Positions 37,127-46,430 of a stretch of DNA of 64,000 nt are shown here, piece by piece. Every line of letters starts with the position of its first letter. Within the stretch, counting starts at the first letter, position 1. Below the pieces are notes generated by a model that saw only the letters and a list, made by a program, of their open reading frames with translations, had not been told where the DNA came from and did not search any database. Source of the DNA: an uncultured Gemmatimonadales bacterium (GTDB lineage Bacteria > Gemmatimonadota > Gemmatimonadetes > Longimicrobiales > RSA9); assembly GCA_963816355.1 (NCBI GenBank), contig CAWFKH010000003.1:704001-768000 (forward strand), given 5' to 3'. The position numbers and the translations under genes are program-made.

Positions 37127-39853
37127 GTGACGGCGCTCGCCGCCCGCCTCGCCCTGCTCGTGCCGCTGCTCGGCGCCTCGCCCGGATCCGCCTCGCCCGC
37201 TCCGGCTCCCGGACCCGGCGTCTCGCACGCCCTCGCGCGCCACCGCGCCGCCATCCTGTCGGACCTCCGCTACCGCATCTCGCTCGCGATCCCGGCCGAC
37301 GCCGCACGGCCGATCGACGGCAGCGAGACCGTCGAGTTCACGCTTTCCGACCCCTCGCAGCCGCTCGTCCTCGATTTCCAGCAGGGCGCCGACCACGTCC
37401 ACGCCGTCCGCGCGGGAGACAGGAGCGTCGACGTCGACGTCGTCGCCGGCCACATCGTGGTCCCGGCCTCCGCGCTGCGCGCCGGCCGCAACACGCTGTC
37501 GATCGACTTCGTGGCGGGCGACGGCTCGCTCAACCGCAGCGCCGACCACCTGTACGCGCTCTTCGTGCCGGACCGGGCGTCGGTGGCGCTGCCGCTCTTC
37601 GACCAGCCGGACCTGAAGGCGCGCTTCACGCTGTCGCTCGTCCTGCCCGCCGGCTGGGTGGCGGTCTCGAACGGCGGCGAGCTCGATACGACGCCCGCCG
37701 CTGTGGGCGGCGCGGGCGCCGCGGCGGCCCGGTCCCACGCCGCCGCGTCCGCTTCCGCGAGCGCCGCGGCGCCCACCGTCCGCCACGACTTCGCCGAGAC
37801 GCGGCCGATCAGCACCTACCTCTTCACGTTCGCGGCAGGGAAGTGGCGCGTGGAGACCGCGGTGCGGGACGGTCGCACCTTCCGCATGTTCCATCGCGAG
37901 AGCGACAGCGCGCGCGTGGCCCGCAACCGGGACCGCATCTTCGACCTGCAGGCGTCTGCGCTGGCGTGGCTCGAGACGTACACCGGGATCGACTACCCCT
38001 TCGGCAAGTTCGACTTCGTGGCCGTGCCGGCCTTCCAGTTCGGCGGCATGGAGCACCCCGGCGCGATCTACTACCGGGCGGAATCGCTCTTCCTCGACGA
38101 GAGCGCCACGCAGTCTCAGCTCCTCGGCCGGGCCAGCCTCATCGCCCACGAGACCGCCCACATGTGGTTCGGCGACCTCGTGACGATGCGCTGGTTCGAC
38201 GACGTCTGGACGAAGGAGGTCTTCGCCAACTTCATGGCGGCCAAGGTGGTCAACCCCGCCTTCCCGGAAGTCGACCACACGCTCCGCTTCTATCTCGCCC
38301 ACTTCCCCTCGGCGTACGCCATCGACCGCACCGCCGGCGCGAACCCGATCCGCCAGCCGCTCGACAACCTGCGCGACGCGGGCACCCTCTACGGCGCCAT
38401 CATCTACGACAAGGCGCCGATCGTGATGCAGCACCTGGAGAACCTGCTCGGCCCGGACGGCTTCCGCGACGGCCTGCGCGAGTACCTGCGCCGCTACCGT
38501 TTCGGCAACGCGACGTGGAACGACCTCGTCGCCATCCTCGACCGTCGCACGCCGCGCGACCTCGCGGCCTGGAGCCACGTCTGGGTGGAGGAGGCGGGCC
38601 GCCCCACCCTCGCCGCGCACCTCGATTACGACGGCGCCGGCCGCATCAGCCGCCTCGTCGTCACGCAGTCGGACCCCGCTCGCGGCGGGCGGCTGTGGCC
38701 CCAGCGGCTGCGCGTGCAGCTCGGCTGGGCGGGTCGCGCGCGCGGCTTCGACATCGACCTGGACGGCGACTCCGCCGTCGTCGCGGATGCCGCCGGCCTG
38801 CCCGCGCCGGAGTACGTGCTGCCCGGCGCCGGGGCGCTCGGCTACGCGGATTTCCGACTCGACCCGGCCAGTCGCGAGACTCTGCTGCGGCGCCTGCCGG
38901 AGCTGCGCGACGCGCGCGTCCGCGCCGTCGCCTGGCTCACCCTCCACGACGCGCTGCTCGAAGGCGACGTCGCCCCGGCAGACTTCGTCGACCTCGGCCT
39001 GCGCTCGCTGCCGGCCGAGACCTCCGAGCTCGACGCGCAGCGCATCCTGGCCGACGTCGGCGGCGTATTCTGGCGCTTCCTCTCACCCACGCAGCGCAGC
39101 CGCGTGGCGCCGCGGCTCGAAGCGCTGCTCTGGGAGCGCATGCGGGACGTGCCCGAGCCGACCCTCAAGGCCACCTACTTCAATGCGTTCCGCGACATCG
39201 CGACCACGCCGCTCGCGCTCGAGCGCCTGCGCGGGCTGTGGAGCGGCGACAGCGCCATCGCCGGCCTCGCGCTCTCGGAGCGCGACCGGACGACCGTCGC
39301 GCTCGCGCTCGCGCTGCGGGGTGCGCCCGCCTCCGACTCGATCCTGCGGGCCCAGCTCACCGCCGTCTCCGATCCGGACCGGCGCGCGCGGCTGCGCTAC
39401 CTGCTCCCGGCCGTGTCCCGCGACGCGGCGGTGCGCGATTCCTTCTTCGCCGCGCTCCGCGATCCCGCCGCGCGGCGTCACGAGTCGTGGGCGCTGGACG
39501 GGATGCGCCTGGTCAGCCACCCGCTGCACGCGGACCACGCGATCCGCTACATCCGGCCCGCGCTCGACGTGCTCGAGGAGATCCAGCGGACGGGCGACAT
39601 CTTCTTCCCGGGGCGCTGGCTCGACGCCACGCTCGACGCCCACTCGTCGCCGCGGGCCGCCGCGATCGTGCGGGCGTTCCTGGCCGAACACCCCCGCTAC
39701 CCGCCGAAGCTGCGCGAGAAGATCCTGCAGTCGGCCGACGGACTCTTCCGCGCCGCGCGCCTGAGGGAAGCGGCCGAGCACGCCGCGCCGGACGGCGAGC
39801 ACCCGGCGGGCTCAGGCGCCTCCGCCGCCGGCCGGGGCGGCCGCCGTCCGTAG
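37127..39853 (+). CDS. Secreted M1 family aminopeptidase
   Basis: FDQPDLKA, GGMEH, HETAHMWFGDLVT..W...WTKE, YDKAP. Confidence 0.92.
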   Translation: MTALAARLALLVPLLGASPGSASPAPAPGPGVSHALARHRAAILSDLRYRISLAIPADAARPIDGSETVEFTLSDPSQPLVLDFQQGADHVHAVRAGDRSVDVDVVAGHIVVPASALRAGRNTLSIDFVAGDGSLNRSADHLYALFVPDRASVALPLFDQPDLKARFTLSLVLPAGWVAVSNGGELDTTPAAVGGAGAAAARSHAAASASASAAAPTVRHDFAETRPISTYLFTFAAGKWRVETAVRDGRTFRMFHRESDSARVARNRDRIFDLQASALAWLETYTGIDYPFGKFDFVAVPAFQFGGMEHPGAIYYRAESLFLDESATQSQLLGRASLIAHETAHMWFGDLVTMRWFDDVWTKEVFANFMAAKVVNPAFPEVDHTLRFYLAHFPSAYAIDRTAGANPIRQPLDNLRDAGTLYGAIIYDKAPIVMQHLENLLGPDGFRDGLREYLRRYRFGNATWNDLVAILDRRTPRDLAAWSHVWVEEAGRPTLAAHLDYDGAGRISRLVVTQSDPARGGRLWPQRLRVQLGWAGRARGFDIDLDGDSAVVADAAGLPAPEYVLPGAGALGYADFRLDPASRETLLRRLPELRDARVRAVAWLTLHDALLEGDVAPADFVDLGLRSLPAETSELDAQRILADVGGVFWRFLSPTQRSRVAPRLEALLWERMRDVPEPTLKATYFNAFRDIATTPLALERLRGLWSGDSAIAGLALSERDRTTVALALALRGAPASDSILRAQLTAVSDPDRRARLRYLLPAVSRDAAVRDSFFAALRDPAARRHESWALDGMRLVSHPLHADHAIRYIRPALDVLEEIQRTGDIFFPGRWLDATLDAHSSPRAAAIVRAFLAEHPRYPPKLREKILQSADGLFRAARLREAAEHAAPDGEHPAGSGASAAGRGGRRP

Positions 39854-40540
39854 CACCGGCTCGAGCGCCTTCCACACCGTCTCCGCGACGATCCGGTGGC
39901 CCGCAGGATTGGGGTGCATGCCGTCCGCCTGGTTCAGCTCCGGGTCCGCCGCCACCCCCGCCAGCAGGAACGGGACGAGCGCGGCGCCGTTGCGGCGCGC
40001 CAGCGTGCGGAACGCCGCGCGGAAGCGGTCGGCGTACTCCGGCCCCAGGTTCGGCGGCGCGAGCATGCCCGCGACCACCACCGGCAGGCCCGGGACGCGC
40101 GCCCGCGCGCTGTCGACGATCTGCTGCAGGTTGCGCAGCATCGCGTCCGGGTCCTGTCCGCGCAGCGCGTCGTTCGCGCCCAGCTCGAGCACGAGCGCGG
40201 CGACCGGCCCGTGCATCGCCCACGCGATCCGCCGCACGCCGTCCGCGGACGTCTCGCCGCTCACGCCCGCGTTGCGCACGCGGAAGCGCAGGCCGGCGGA
40301 GTCGATCTTCTGCTGGATCAGCGCGGGGAACGCCTGCTCCGGTGTCACGCCCAGGCCCGCCGTCAAGCTGTTGCCGAAGAAGAGCACGACGGGCTCCTCC
40401 GCGGCTGGAGAAACCGGAACCGAGTCGGTAGCTTGAGCGGCGCCTCCCAGCACGGGAGGCGCGTGGCCGGCGGCCGATTCCCCCGCTTCCTGGCCGCACG
40501 CGAGAACGCTCACGGCCAACAGCAGCGCGACTGATTTCAT
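39812..40540 (-). CDS. tesA: SGNH arylesterase/thioesterase lipoprotein (TesA-like)
   Basis: Lipobox VLAC; FGNSLTAG, NAGVSGET, LELGAND, DGMHPN. Confidence 0.85.
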   Translation of the reverse strand: MKSVALLLAVSVLACGQEAGESAAGHAPPVLGGAAQATDSVPVSPAAEEPVVLFFGNSLTAGLGVTPEQAFPALIQQKIDSAGLRFRVRNAGVSGETSADGVRRIAWAMHGPVAALVLELGANDALRGQDPDAMLRNLQQIVDSARARVPGLPVVVAGMLAPPNLGPEYADRFRAAFRTLARRNGAALVPFLLAGVAADPELNQADGMHPNPAGHRIVAETVWKALEPVLRTAAAPAGGGGA

Positions 40541-41246
40541 GATTCTCCAGGCGACGGGGCTCACACAGACGTACCGCAGCGGCGGGCGGCCGCTCACGGT
40601 GCTCCACGGCGTCGACCTCGCGGTGGAGGCGGAGGAGCTGCTCGCCATCGTCGGCCCCTCCGGAAGCGGCAAGACGACGCTCCTCGGGCTGCTCGCCGGG
40701 CTCGACCTGCCCAGCGCCGGCACGGTCGTACTGGATGGCCAGGACCTCGGTTCCCTCACCGAGGACCGGCGCGCCCGCCTGCGCGTGACGAAGGTCGGCT
40801 TCGTCTTCCAGACCTTCCAGCTCGTGCCCACGCTGACGGCCGAGGAGAACGTCCTCGTCCCGCTCGAGCTCGCCGGCGGGCGCCTCGACGGAAACGGCGC
40901 TGGAGGAAGCGGCGACCTTCACGGGCGCGCCCGCGAGCTGCTCGAGCGCGTCGGCCTCGCCGACCGCGCCGAACACTACCCCGCGCAGCTCTCCGGCGGC
41001 GAGCAGCAGCGCGTCGCGCTCGCCCGCGCGTTCGCCAACCGCCCGCGCATTCTCTTCGCCGACGAGCCGACCGGCAACCTCGACGCCGAGACCGGCGAGC
41101 GCGTCATCGACCTGCTCGTCGCGCTCAACCGCGAGTCCCGCACCACGCTCGTGCTCGTCACGCACGACGCGCTTCTCGCCTCGCGCGCGGGCCGGGTGGT
41201 CCGGCTCGCGGGCGGCCGTATCGTCGCCGAGGAGCGGCGGCGGTGA
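40539..41246 (+). CDS. ybbA: ABC transporter ATP-binding protein (YbbA/LolD-like)
   Basis: GPSGSGKT, FVFQ, LSGGEQQR, ADEPTGNLD, VTHD. Confidence 0.88.
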   Translation: MILQATGLTQTYRSGGRPLTVLHGVDLAVEAEELLAIVGPSGSGKTTLLGLLAGLDLPSAGTVVLDGQDLGSLTEDRRARLRVTKVGFVFQTFQLVPTLTAEENVLVPLELAGGRLDGNGAGGSGDLHGRARELLERVGLADRAEHYPAQLSGGEQQRVALARAFANRPRILFADEPTGNLDAETGERVIDLLVALNRESRTTLVLVTHDALLASRAGRVVRLAGGRIVAEERRR

Positions 41247-43780
41247 GCGGTCGCTTCGTCGCGGCGCACGCGCTGCGCGAGACGCGCGCCTCGCTACGCC
41301 GCATAGGGCCCTACCTCCTGTCGATCACGTTGGGCGTCGGCGCGCTGGTCGCGATCCACTCGCTGCGCGCGTCCATCGTCGACGGCATCCACGCGCAGTC
41401 GCGCCAGCTCCTCGGCGGAGACGCCCGCCTGGCCAGCTCCCGGCCTTTCCCGCCGCCGACGCGCCGCCTGCTCGATTCCCTGGCGAACGCCGGTGCCCGC
41501 GTCGCCTACGTCACGACGCTGCCCTCGATGGTCGCGGCGCCCGCCGGCGGCGTCGCGCGGCTCCTCCAGCTCAGCGCCGTCAGCGCGGCGTATCCGCTCT
41601 ACGGCACGCCGGCGGCGGCGCCTGCGGGCGCGTGGGAGCGCGTCCGGACCGGCGAAGCACTTCTCGCGGAGCCGGGCGCGCTGCTGCAGCTCGGCGCGCG
41701 CGTGGGGGACACGCTCCGCGTCGGCGGGGAGCCGCTCGCGGTCGCCGGCACGGTCGAGGAGGCCGCTCCCGGGGGCGGCTTCCGGGAGGCGCTCGGCCCC
41801 CGCCTCTATCTCTCCCGCTCGGCGCTCGAGGGCACGCGGTTGCTGGTGAGGGGCAGCCTCGCGCGCTACGAAGCGCTCGTGCGCGCGCCCGCGGGCGCCG
41901 ACCTGGCCGCGTTCGGCGAGGCGCACGACTCGCTGCTGCGAGCGCAGGACGTCTCGTTCCAGACCGCCGAGGGCCACGCCCGCGGCCTGTCGCGCGGCCT
42001 GGAGTCGCTCTCCAAGTTCCTGGGGCTGATCGGCGTCATGGCGCTGCTGCTGGGCGGCATCGGCGTCGGCAGCGCGATCGGCGTCTATACGCGCGAGCGG
42101 ATCCCCACGATCGCCGTGCTGCGCTGTCTCGGCGCAACGCAGCGCCAGGTCTTCCTCGCCTACGTCCTGCAGGCGGCGCTTCTCGGGCTCGCGGGTTCGC
42201 TCGCGGGCGTCGTCCTCGGCCTCGCGGCGCAGCCGCTGCTCGCGCGCGCGCTGCGCTCCGCGCTGCCGGTCGCCGTGGGCTTCCACGTGCACCCCGGCCC
42301 CACGCTCGCGGGCCTCGCAGTCGGCGTATGGATCGCCATCGTCTTCGCCCTGCTGCCGCTCCTCGAGGTGCGCGGCGTCGCGCCCCTGCAGGCGTTGCGC
42401 CGCGATTTCGAGCCCGTGGCGCCGACGCGCGGGGCGCGGCTGCTGGCGCTCGGCACGCTCGCGGCCAGCGTCGTCGTGTTGAGCCTCTGGCAGGCGCCCG
42501 CGCCCGCCGCGGGCTTCGCCTTCGCGGCCGGCATCGGCGTCACGGTGCTACTGCTGTGGGCCCTCGGGACGCTGCTCACGCGCGCCACGCGCCGCTTCTT
42601 CCCGAGGCGCGCGCGGTACGCGGTGCGGCAGGGCGTGGCGAACCTGTTCCGGCCGCGCAATCAGACGCGGGCGGTGACGTTGTCGCTCGGCTTCGGCGTC
42701 TTCGTCATCGCGACGCTGCTCGTCGTGCAGCGCAGTCTGCTGGACAAGCTCCGGCTGGACGACGCCGGGACGCGGCCCAACCTGCTGCTCTTCGACGTGC
42801 TGCCGGACCAGGCGGAGGGGGTGCGCGATCTGCTCGCCGCGCGCGGCATCGCGCTGGGCCCGACCACGCCGATCGTGCCCACGCGCATCGCGGCGGTGAA
42901 GGGGCGCGGCCGGGAGGCGTGGCTGGCCGATACGACGGACGCCGCGCCGCGCCGGTGGGCGCTGCGGCGCGAGTACCGCGACACCTACCGGGACACGCTC
43001 ACGAGCACGGAGCGCGTCGTCGCGGGGCGCTGGTGGGACGGCCCCCGGCGGGAGGGCGAGACGGCGCGCGTCTCGCTCGAGGAAGACGTCGCGCACGACC
43101 TCCGCGTCGGGGTCGGCGACACGATCACGTGGGACGTGACGGGACGCATGATCCCTTCCGTCGTCGCCAATTTGCGGAGCGTCGAGTGGGCGCGCTTCGA
43201 GCCGAACTTCTTCGCCGTCTTCCAGTCCGGCGTGCTGGAGGCCGCGCCCCAGATGCTGGTCGCCCTCGCCGGCGTGCCGGACGACACGCTGCGCGCCCGC
43301 GTCCAGGTGGCGCTCGTGCACGCCTATCCCAACGTATCCGTGCTCGACCTCGATCGCGTCCAGGAGGTGCTCGCGCGCATCGCCGCCAACGTCACGACGG
43401 CCGTGCGCGCAGTCGGCGGACTCGGCATCGTCGCCGGCCTCCTCGTGCTCGTGGGCGCGGTCTCCACGTCGCGGCAGCAGCGGCTGCGCGAGGGCGCGCT
43501 CCTGAAGGCGATCGGCGCCGACCGCCACCACATACGACAGATGCTCTTCACCGAATACGTCGTGCTCGGCGCCCTCTCGGCGGTGACCGGCGCGGGCCTC
43601 GGGATCGCCGCGGGGAGCCTGCTGGTCACCCGCCTCTTCGAGATCGAGCTGCACGTGCCGATCGCCGCCCTCGTCCTCCTCGCGCTCGCCGTCGCGGCGC
43701 TCGCGACGGCGATCGGTCTGCTGGGCGGCCGCGAGGTGCTGCGCTCGACGCCGCTCGCCGTGCTGCGCCAGGCGGAGTAG
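41243..43780 (+). CDS. ybbP: ABC permease, duplicated MacB/FtsX type (YbbP-like)
   Basis: LLGGD, IAVLRCLGAT, PNLLLFD, WARFEPNFF, LKAIGA; tesA-ybbA-ybbP order. Confidence 0.87.
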   Translation: MSGRFVAAHALRETRASLRRIGPYLLSITLGVGALVAIHSLRASIVDGIHAQSRQLLGGDARLASSRPFPPPTRRLLDSLANAGARVAYVTTLPSMVAAPAGGVARLLQLSAVSAAYPLYGTPAAAPAGAWERVRTGEALLAEPGALLQLGARVGDTLRVGGEPLAVAGTVEEAAPGGGFREALGPRLYLSRSALEGTRLLVRGSLARYEALVRAPAGADLAAFGEAHDSLLRAQDVSFQTAEGHARGLSRGLESLSKFLGLIGVMALLLGGIGVGSAIGVYTRERIPTIAVLRCLGATQRQVFLAYVLQAALLGLAGSLAGVVLGLAAQPLLARALRSALPVAVGFHVHPGPTLAGLAVGVWIAIVFALLPLLEVRGVAPLQALRRDFEPVAPTRGARLLALGTLAASVVVLSLWQAPAPAAGFAFAAGIGVTVLLLWALGTLLTRATRRFFPRRARYAVRQGVANLFRPRNQTRAVTLSLGFGVFVIATLLVVQRSLLDKLRLDDAGTRPNLLLFDVLPDQAEGVRDLLAARGIALGPTTPIVPTRIAAVKGRGREAWLADTTDAAPRRWALRREYRDTYRDTLTSTERVVAGRWWDGPRREGETARVSLEEDVAHDLRVGVGDTITWDVTGRMIPSVVANLRSVEWARFEPNFFAVFQSGVLEAAPQMLVALAGVPDDTLRARVQVALVHAYPNVSVLDLDRVQEVLARIAANVTTAVRAVGGLGIVAGLLVLVGAVSTSRQQRLREGALLKAIGADRHHIRQMLFTEYVVLGALSAVTGAGLGIAAGSLLVTRLFEIELHVPIAALVLLALAVAALATAIGLLGGREVLRSTPLAVLRQAE

Positions 43781-43820
43781 CCGGCGCCGGCCGCCGCAGT
43801 AGCCGGCGCCGGCGGCCGGC

Positions 43821-44699
43821 TCAGCTCACGCGCGTCAGCGCGGCCTCGACGGGCGCGTCGAAGTGCACGTCCACCTGCGGGAAGGCGATGACGACCTGCG
43901 CCTCCTTCAGCGCCCACCACACCGCCTCGTTGAGCTCGGAGCGGCGCAGGGGCGCTTCCCACGCGTTGTCGATCCAGACCGAGATGTCGTAGTTGACGGA
44001 GGAGGATCCGAATTCCAGCAGCAGCACGCGCGGCTTGCGCGCGTGGATGCGCCACGCCACCGCGCTCGCCGCCTCCTCGAGGGTCGCGCGCACCAGGCGC
44101 AGGTCCGAGTCGTACGCCACACCCACCTGCGCCCGCAGCCGGAAGAGGGAGTCGCGCAGCGTGTAGTTCGTCACCGTCGACTGCACGAGCGTGCCGTTCG
44201 GGATGATCAGCTCCTCCTCGTCCCGGCTGCGCGCGATCGTCGAACGCAGCCCCATCTTCTCGACCCGCACGACGCGGTTCTCGACCACCAGCACGTCGCC
44301 CGGCTTGATGGTGCGCTCGACGAGCAGGATGATGCCGGAGACGAAGTTCTGCGCGATGTTCTGCATCGCGAAGCCGATCGCGACCGCGAACACGGCGCCC
44401 GCGGCGAACAGCGCTCCCAGTTGGATGCCGATCGTGTTGAACGCGATCGCCAGGCCGATGAGCATCACGACGTAGTGCGTCAACCGCTTCGTGATGCCGA
44501 TCGTGCCGACGTCGCCCACGCCCCGCATCCGCAGCCCCCGCTCGACCGCGCGCTGGACCAGCCACGACGCGCCTGCCGTCACCACGACCAACACCACGAA
44601 GATGATGATCGTGACGAGCGTCACGTCGGTCTTGCTGATCGTGAAGAGCGTCTGGCCGAACAGGTTCTTGATTCCCGACGGGATGTTCTGCGTCGGCAT
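43821..44699 (-). CDS. Small-conductance mechanosensitive channel (MscS family)
   Basis: AAGGAGG RBS; IGFAMQNIAQNFVSG, KPGD, IIPNG, VGVAYDSD, IAFPQ. Confidence 0.92.
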   Translation of the reverse strand: MPTQNIPSGIKNLFGQTLFTISKTDVTLVTIIIFVVLVVVTAGASWLVQRAVERGLRMRGVGDVGTIGITKRLTHYVVMLIGLAIAFNTIGIQLGALFAAGAVFAVAIGFAMQNIAQNFVSGIILLVERTIKPGDVLVVENRVVRVEKMGLRSTIARSRDEEELIIPNGTLVQSTVTNYTLRDSLFRLRAQVGVAYDSDLRLVRATLEEAASAVAWRIHARKPRVLLLEFGSSSVNYDISVWIDNAWEAPLRRSELNEAVWWALKEAQVVIAFPQVDVHFDAPVEAALTRVS

Positions 44700-44824
44700 C
44701 CTGCCTCCTTGGAGGGTGAAGTCGCAGCGTCCGGAAGTTCGTGCCGATGCGCGCGCGGGGCCAGGGGGCGCCTCGCCCTCTCGCGTCGGTTGCGGCCCCG
44801 CCCTCCGCCGCGCCACTTTCCCGC

Positions 44825-45970
44825 ATGATCCGCAATCGCGTCCCCCGCTCGCGCCGCGTCGCCGTCTACCGCGGCCGCGCCCAGCGGCAGCTCCGCCGCT
44901 TCCGGCGCGCGTCGCTCCTGGCGGTGGCGCTCACCGCCATGGTGCTCTTCCTGTGGGGCGTGCCCGAGGGCGCGGCCCTCTCCCAGGACGCCACGGCGGA
45001 CACGGCGGCCGCCAACCCCGCCGCCTCGGTGCAGGAGGCGACGCGCACGATCGGCGCGCTCTGGCACAACTTCTACGCGCTGCTGCCGAAGCTCGCCATC
45101 GCCGCAGCGCTGCTGTTCCTCGCGTGGATCGCCAGCCGCCTCGCGCGGCCGCTCTTCGCGCGCATCGCGAAACAGTGGCAGCGGGCCGACGCATTCGCGG
45201 CGGTCGCCGGCATCGTCGTGTGGACCATCGCGCTCGTGGGCGCCGTCGCCGTCATCGTGGGCGACGCACGCGCCGTCGCCGGCTCGGTCGGGATCCTCGG
45301 CCTCGCGCTGTCTTGGGCGCTGCAGGCGCCGATCGAGAGCTTCACGGGCTGGCTGCTCAACTCCTTCCGTCTCTACTACCGCGTGGGCGACCGCATCGCC
45401 GTCGGCGACGTCTTCGGCGACGTCTACCGCATCGACCTGCTCACCACGACCGTCTGGGAGCTCGGCGGGCCGGACAAGCCGGTGCAGGGCTCGCAGCCCA
45501 CCGGCGCGCTCGTCACCTTCCCGAACTCGGAAGTGCTGCGCTCCAGCATCGTGAACTACACGCGCGACTTCCCGGCCGTCTGGGACGAAGTGGGCGTCGC
45601 CGTCGCGAACGAGAGCGACCTCGCCTATGCCGCCGACGTCGCCCGCCGCGCCGCCGCCGAGGTGAGTGGCGACTGGATGGCGACGATGTCGGCGGAGTAC
45701 GGCGCGCTGCTCTCGCGCGTGGGCCTCGAAGGCGAGGCCTCGGAGCGGCCGGAAGCGTATCTCACTCCCGGCGAATCGTGGACGAGCATCGTCGTCCGCT
45801 ACCTGGTGCCCGTCCGCGAGCGACGCGCGTGCGCGAGCCGCATGACGCTGGCGCTGGCGCAGGCGTTCTCGCTTCCGGAGCACGCCGGCCGCATCGTCGC
45901 CGCGTATCCGACGCGACGCGTGGCGCTCGTCGACCTGCCGGGCGCGAAACCGGAGCCGGAAGGGGCGTAG
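44825..45970 (+). CDS. Second MscS-family channel
   Basis: GLALSWALQ.PI, YRVGDRI, GDV.RI, VTFPNS, IVNY. Confidence 0.88.
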   Translation: MIRNRVPRSRRVAVYRGRAQRQLRRFRRASLLAVALTAMVLFLWGVPEGAALSQDATADTAAANPAASVQEATRTIGALWHNFYALLPKLAIAAALLFLAWIASRLARPLFARIAKQWQRADAFAAVAGIVVWTIALVGAVAVIVGDARAVAGSVGILGLALSWALQAPIESFTGWLLNSFRLYYRVGDRIAVGDVFGDVYRIDLLTTTVWELGGPDKPVQGSQPTGALVTFPNSEVLRSSIVNYTRDFPAVWDEVGVAVANESDLAYAADVARRAAAEVSGDWMATMSAEYGALLSRVGLEGEASERPEAYLTPGESWTSIVVRYLVPVRERRACASRMTLALAQAFSLPEHAGRIVAAYPTRRVALVDLPGAKPEPEGA

Positions 45971-45993
45971 GTCCCGAAATTCCGCCGAAAGAC

Positions 45994-46023
45994 TTGCCGC
46001 CCCCGCGACCGATTCGCTACTCT
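45994..46023 (+). promoter_or_regulatory. sigma70-type promoter in front of the candidate ncRNA
   Basis: TTGCCG (45994-45999)-N18-TACTCT (46018-46023). Confidence 0.55.
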
Positions 46024-46029
46024 TCGAAC

Positions 46030-46319
46030 ACGGTGGTCGGGCGAGCGGTCGCGAGCCTGATCGTCGGACCGGTCGAAGGGACGCCATCGAACCGGTCGGC
46101 TCGTTCCGGATTTCGGCCCGGACGAGAGCGTTGCGAGGTCGCTGGACGCAACGTGAAGCCCCTCGCGATCGTGGGGCGCCTTCACCGGGACCGCACGGTG
46201 GGGGAAGAGAAGCGGAGCCGGTCGCCGCACGTGGCGACGTCGAAACGACGGTGTCCGATCTCGCCAGCGGATCGAAGCCCCCAGGCAGCGACGTGTCGCT
46301 CCTGGGGGCTTCGTGTTTT
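46030..46319 (+). ncRNA. Candidate ~290-nt multi-branched structured RNA (no family recognised)
   Basis: Promoter upstream, intrinsic terminator at the end, closing stem 46040-46045/46260-46265, six or more tiled hairpins, no credible ORF. Confidence 0.55.
46273..46319 (+). terminator. Intrinsic terminator
   Basis: CGAAGCCCCCAGG-C-AGCGAC-GT-GTCGCT-CCTGGGGGCTTCG followed by TGTTTT. Confidence 0.8.
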
Positions 46320-46430
46320 GCCGAACGGCCACCGCTCGCGTGCGGCCGGCCGCGCCACGCCTCCGCTACCCGTCGCGCCCGCCGCGTCCAGCGGCGGCAT
46401 CGCCATCTCCACCCCGTTCCGCGACTCGCG

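Noticed and set aside
43821..45970. Divergent MscS pair as a novel system
   Set aside because: Multiple MscS paralogs are common and nothing else unusual is visible.
46030..46319. tmRNA, RNase P RNA, SRP RNA, 6S RNA or group II intron
   Set aside because: No tRNA-like ends, no GAGGAAAGTCC, no SRP helix-8 motif, a multibranch rather than rod-like fold, and no convincing domain V.
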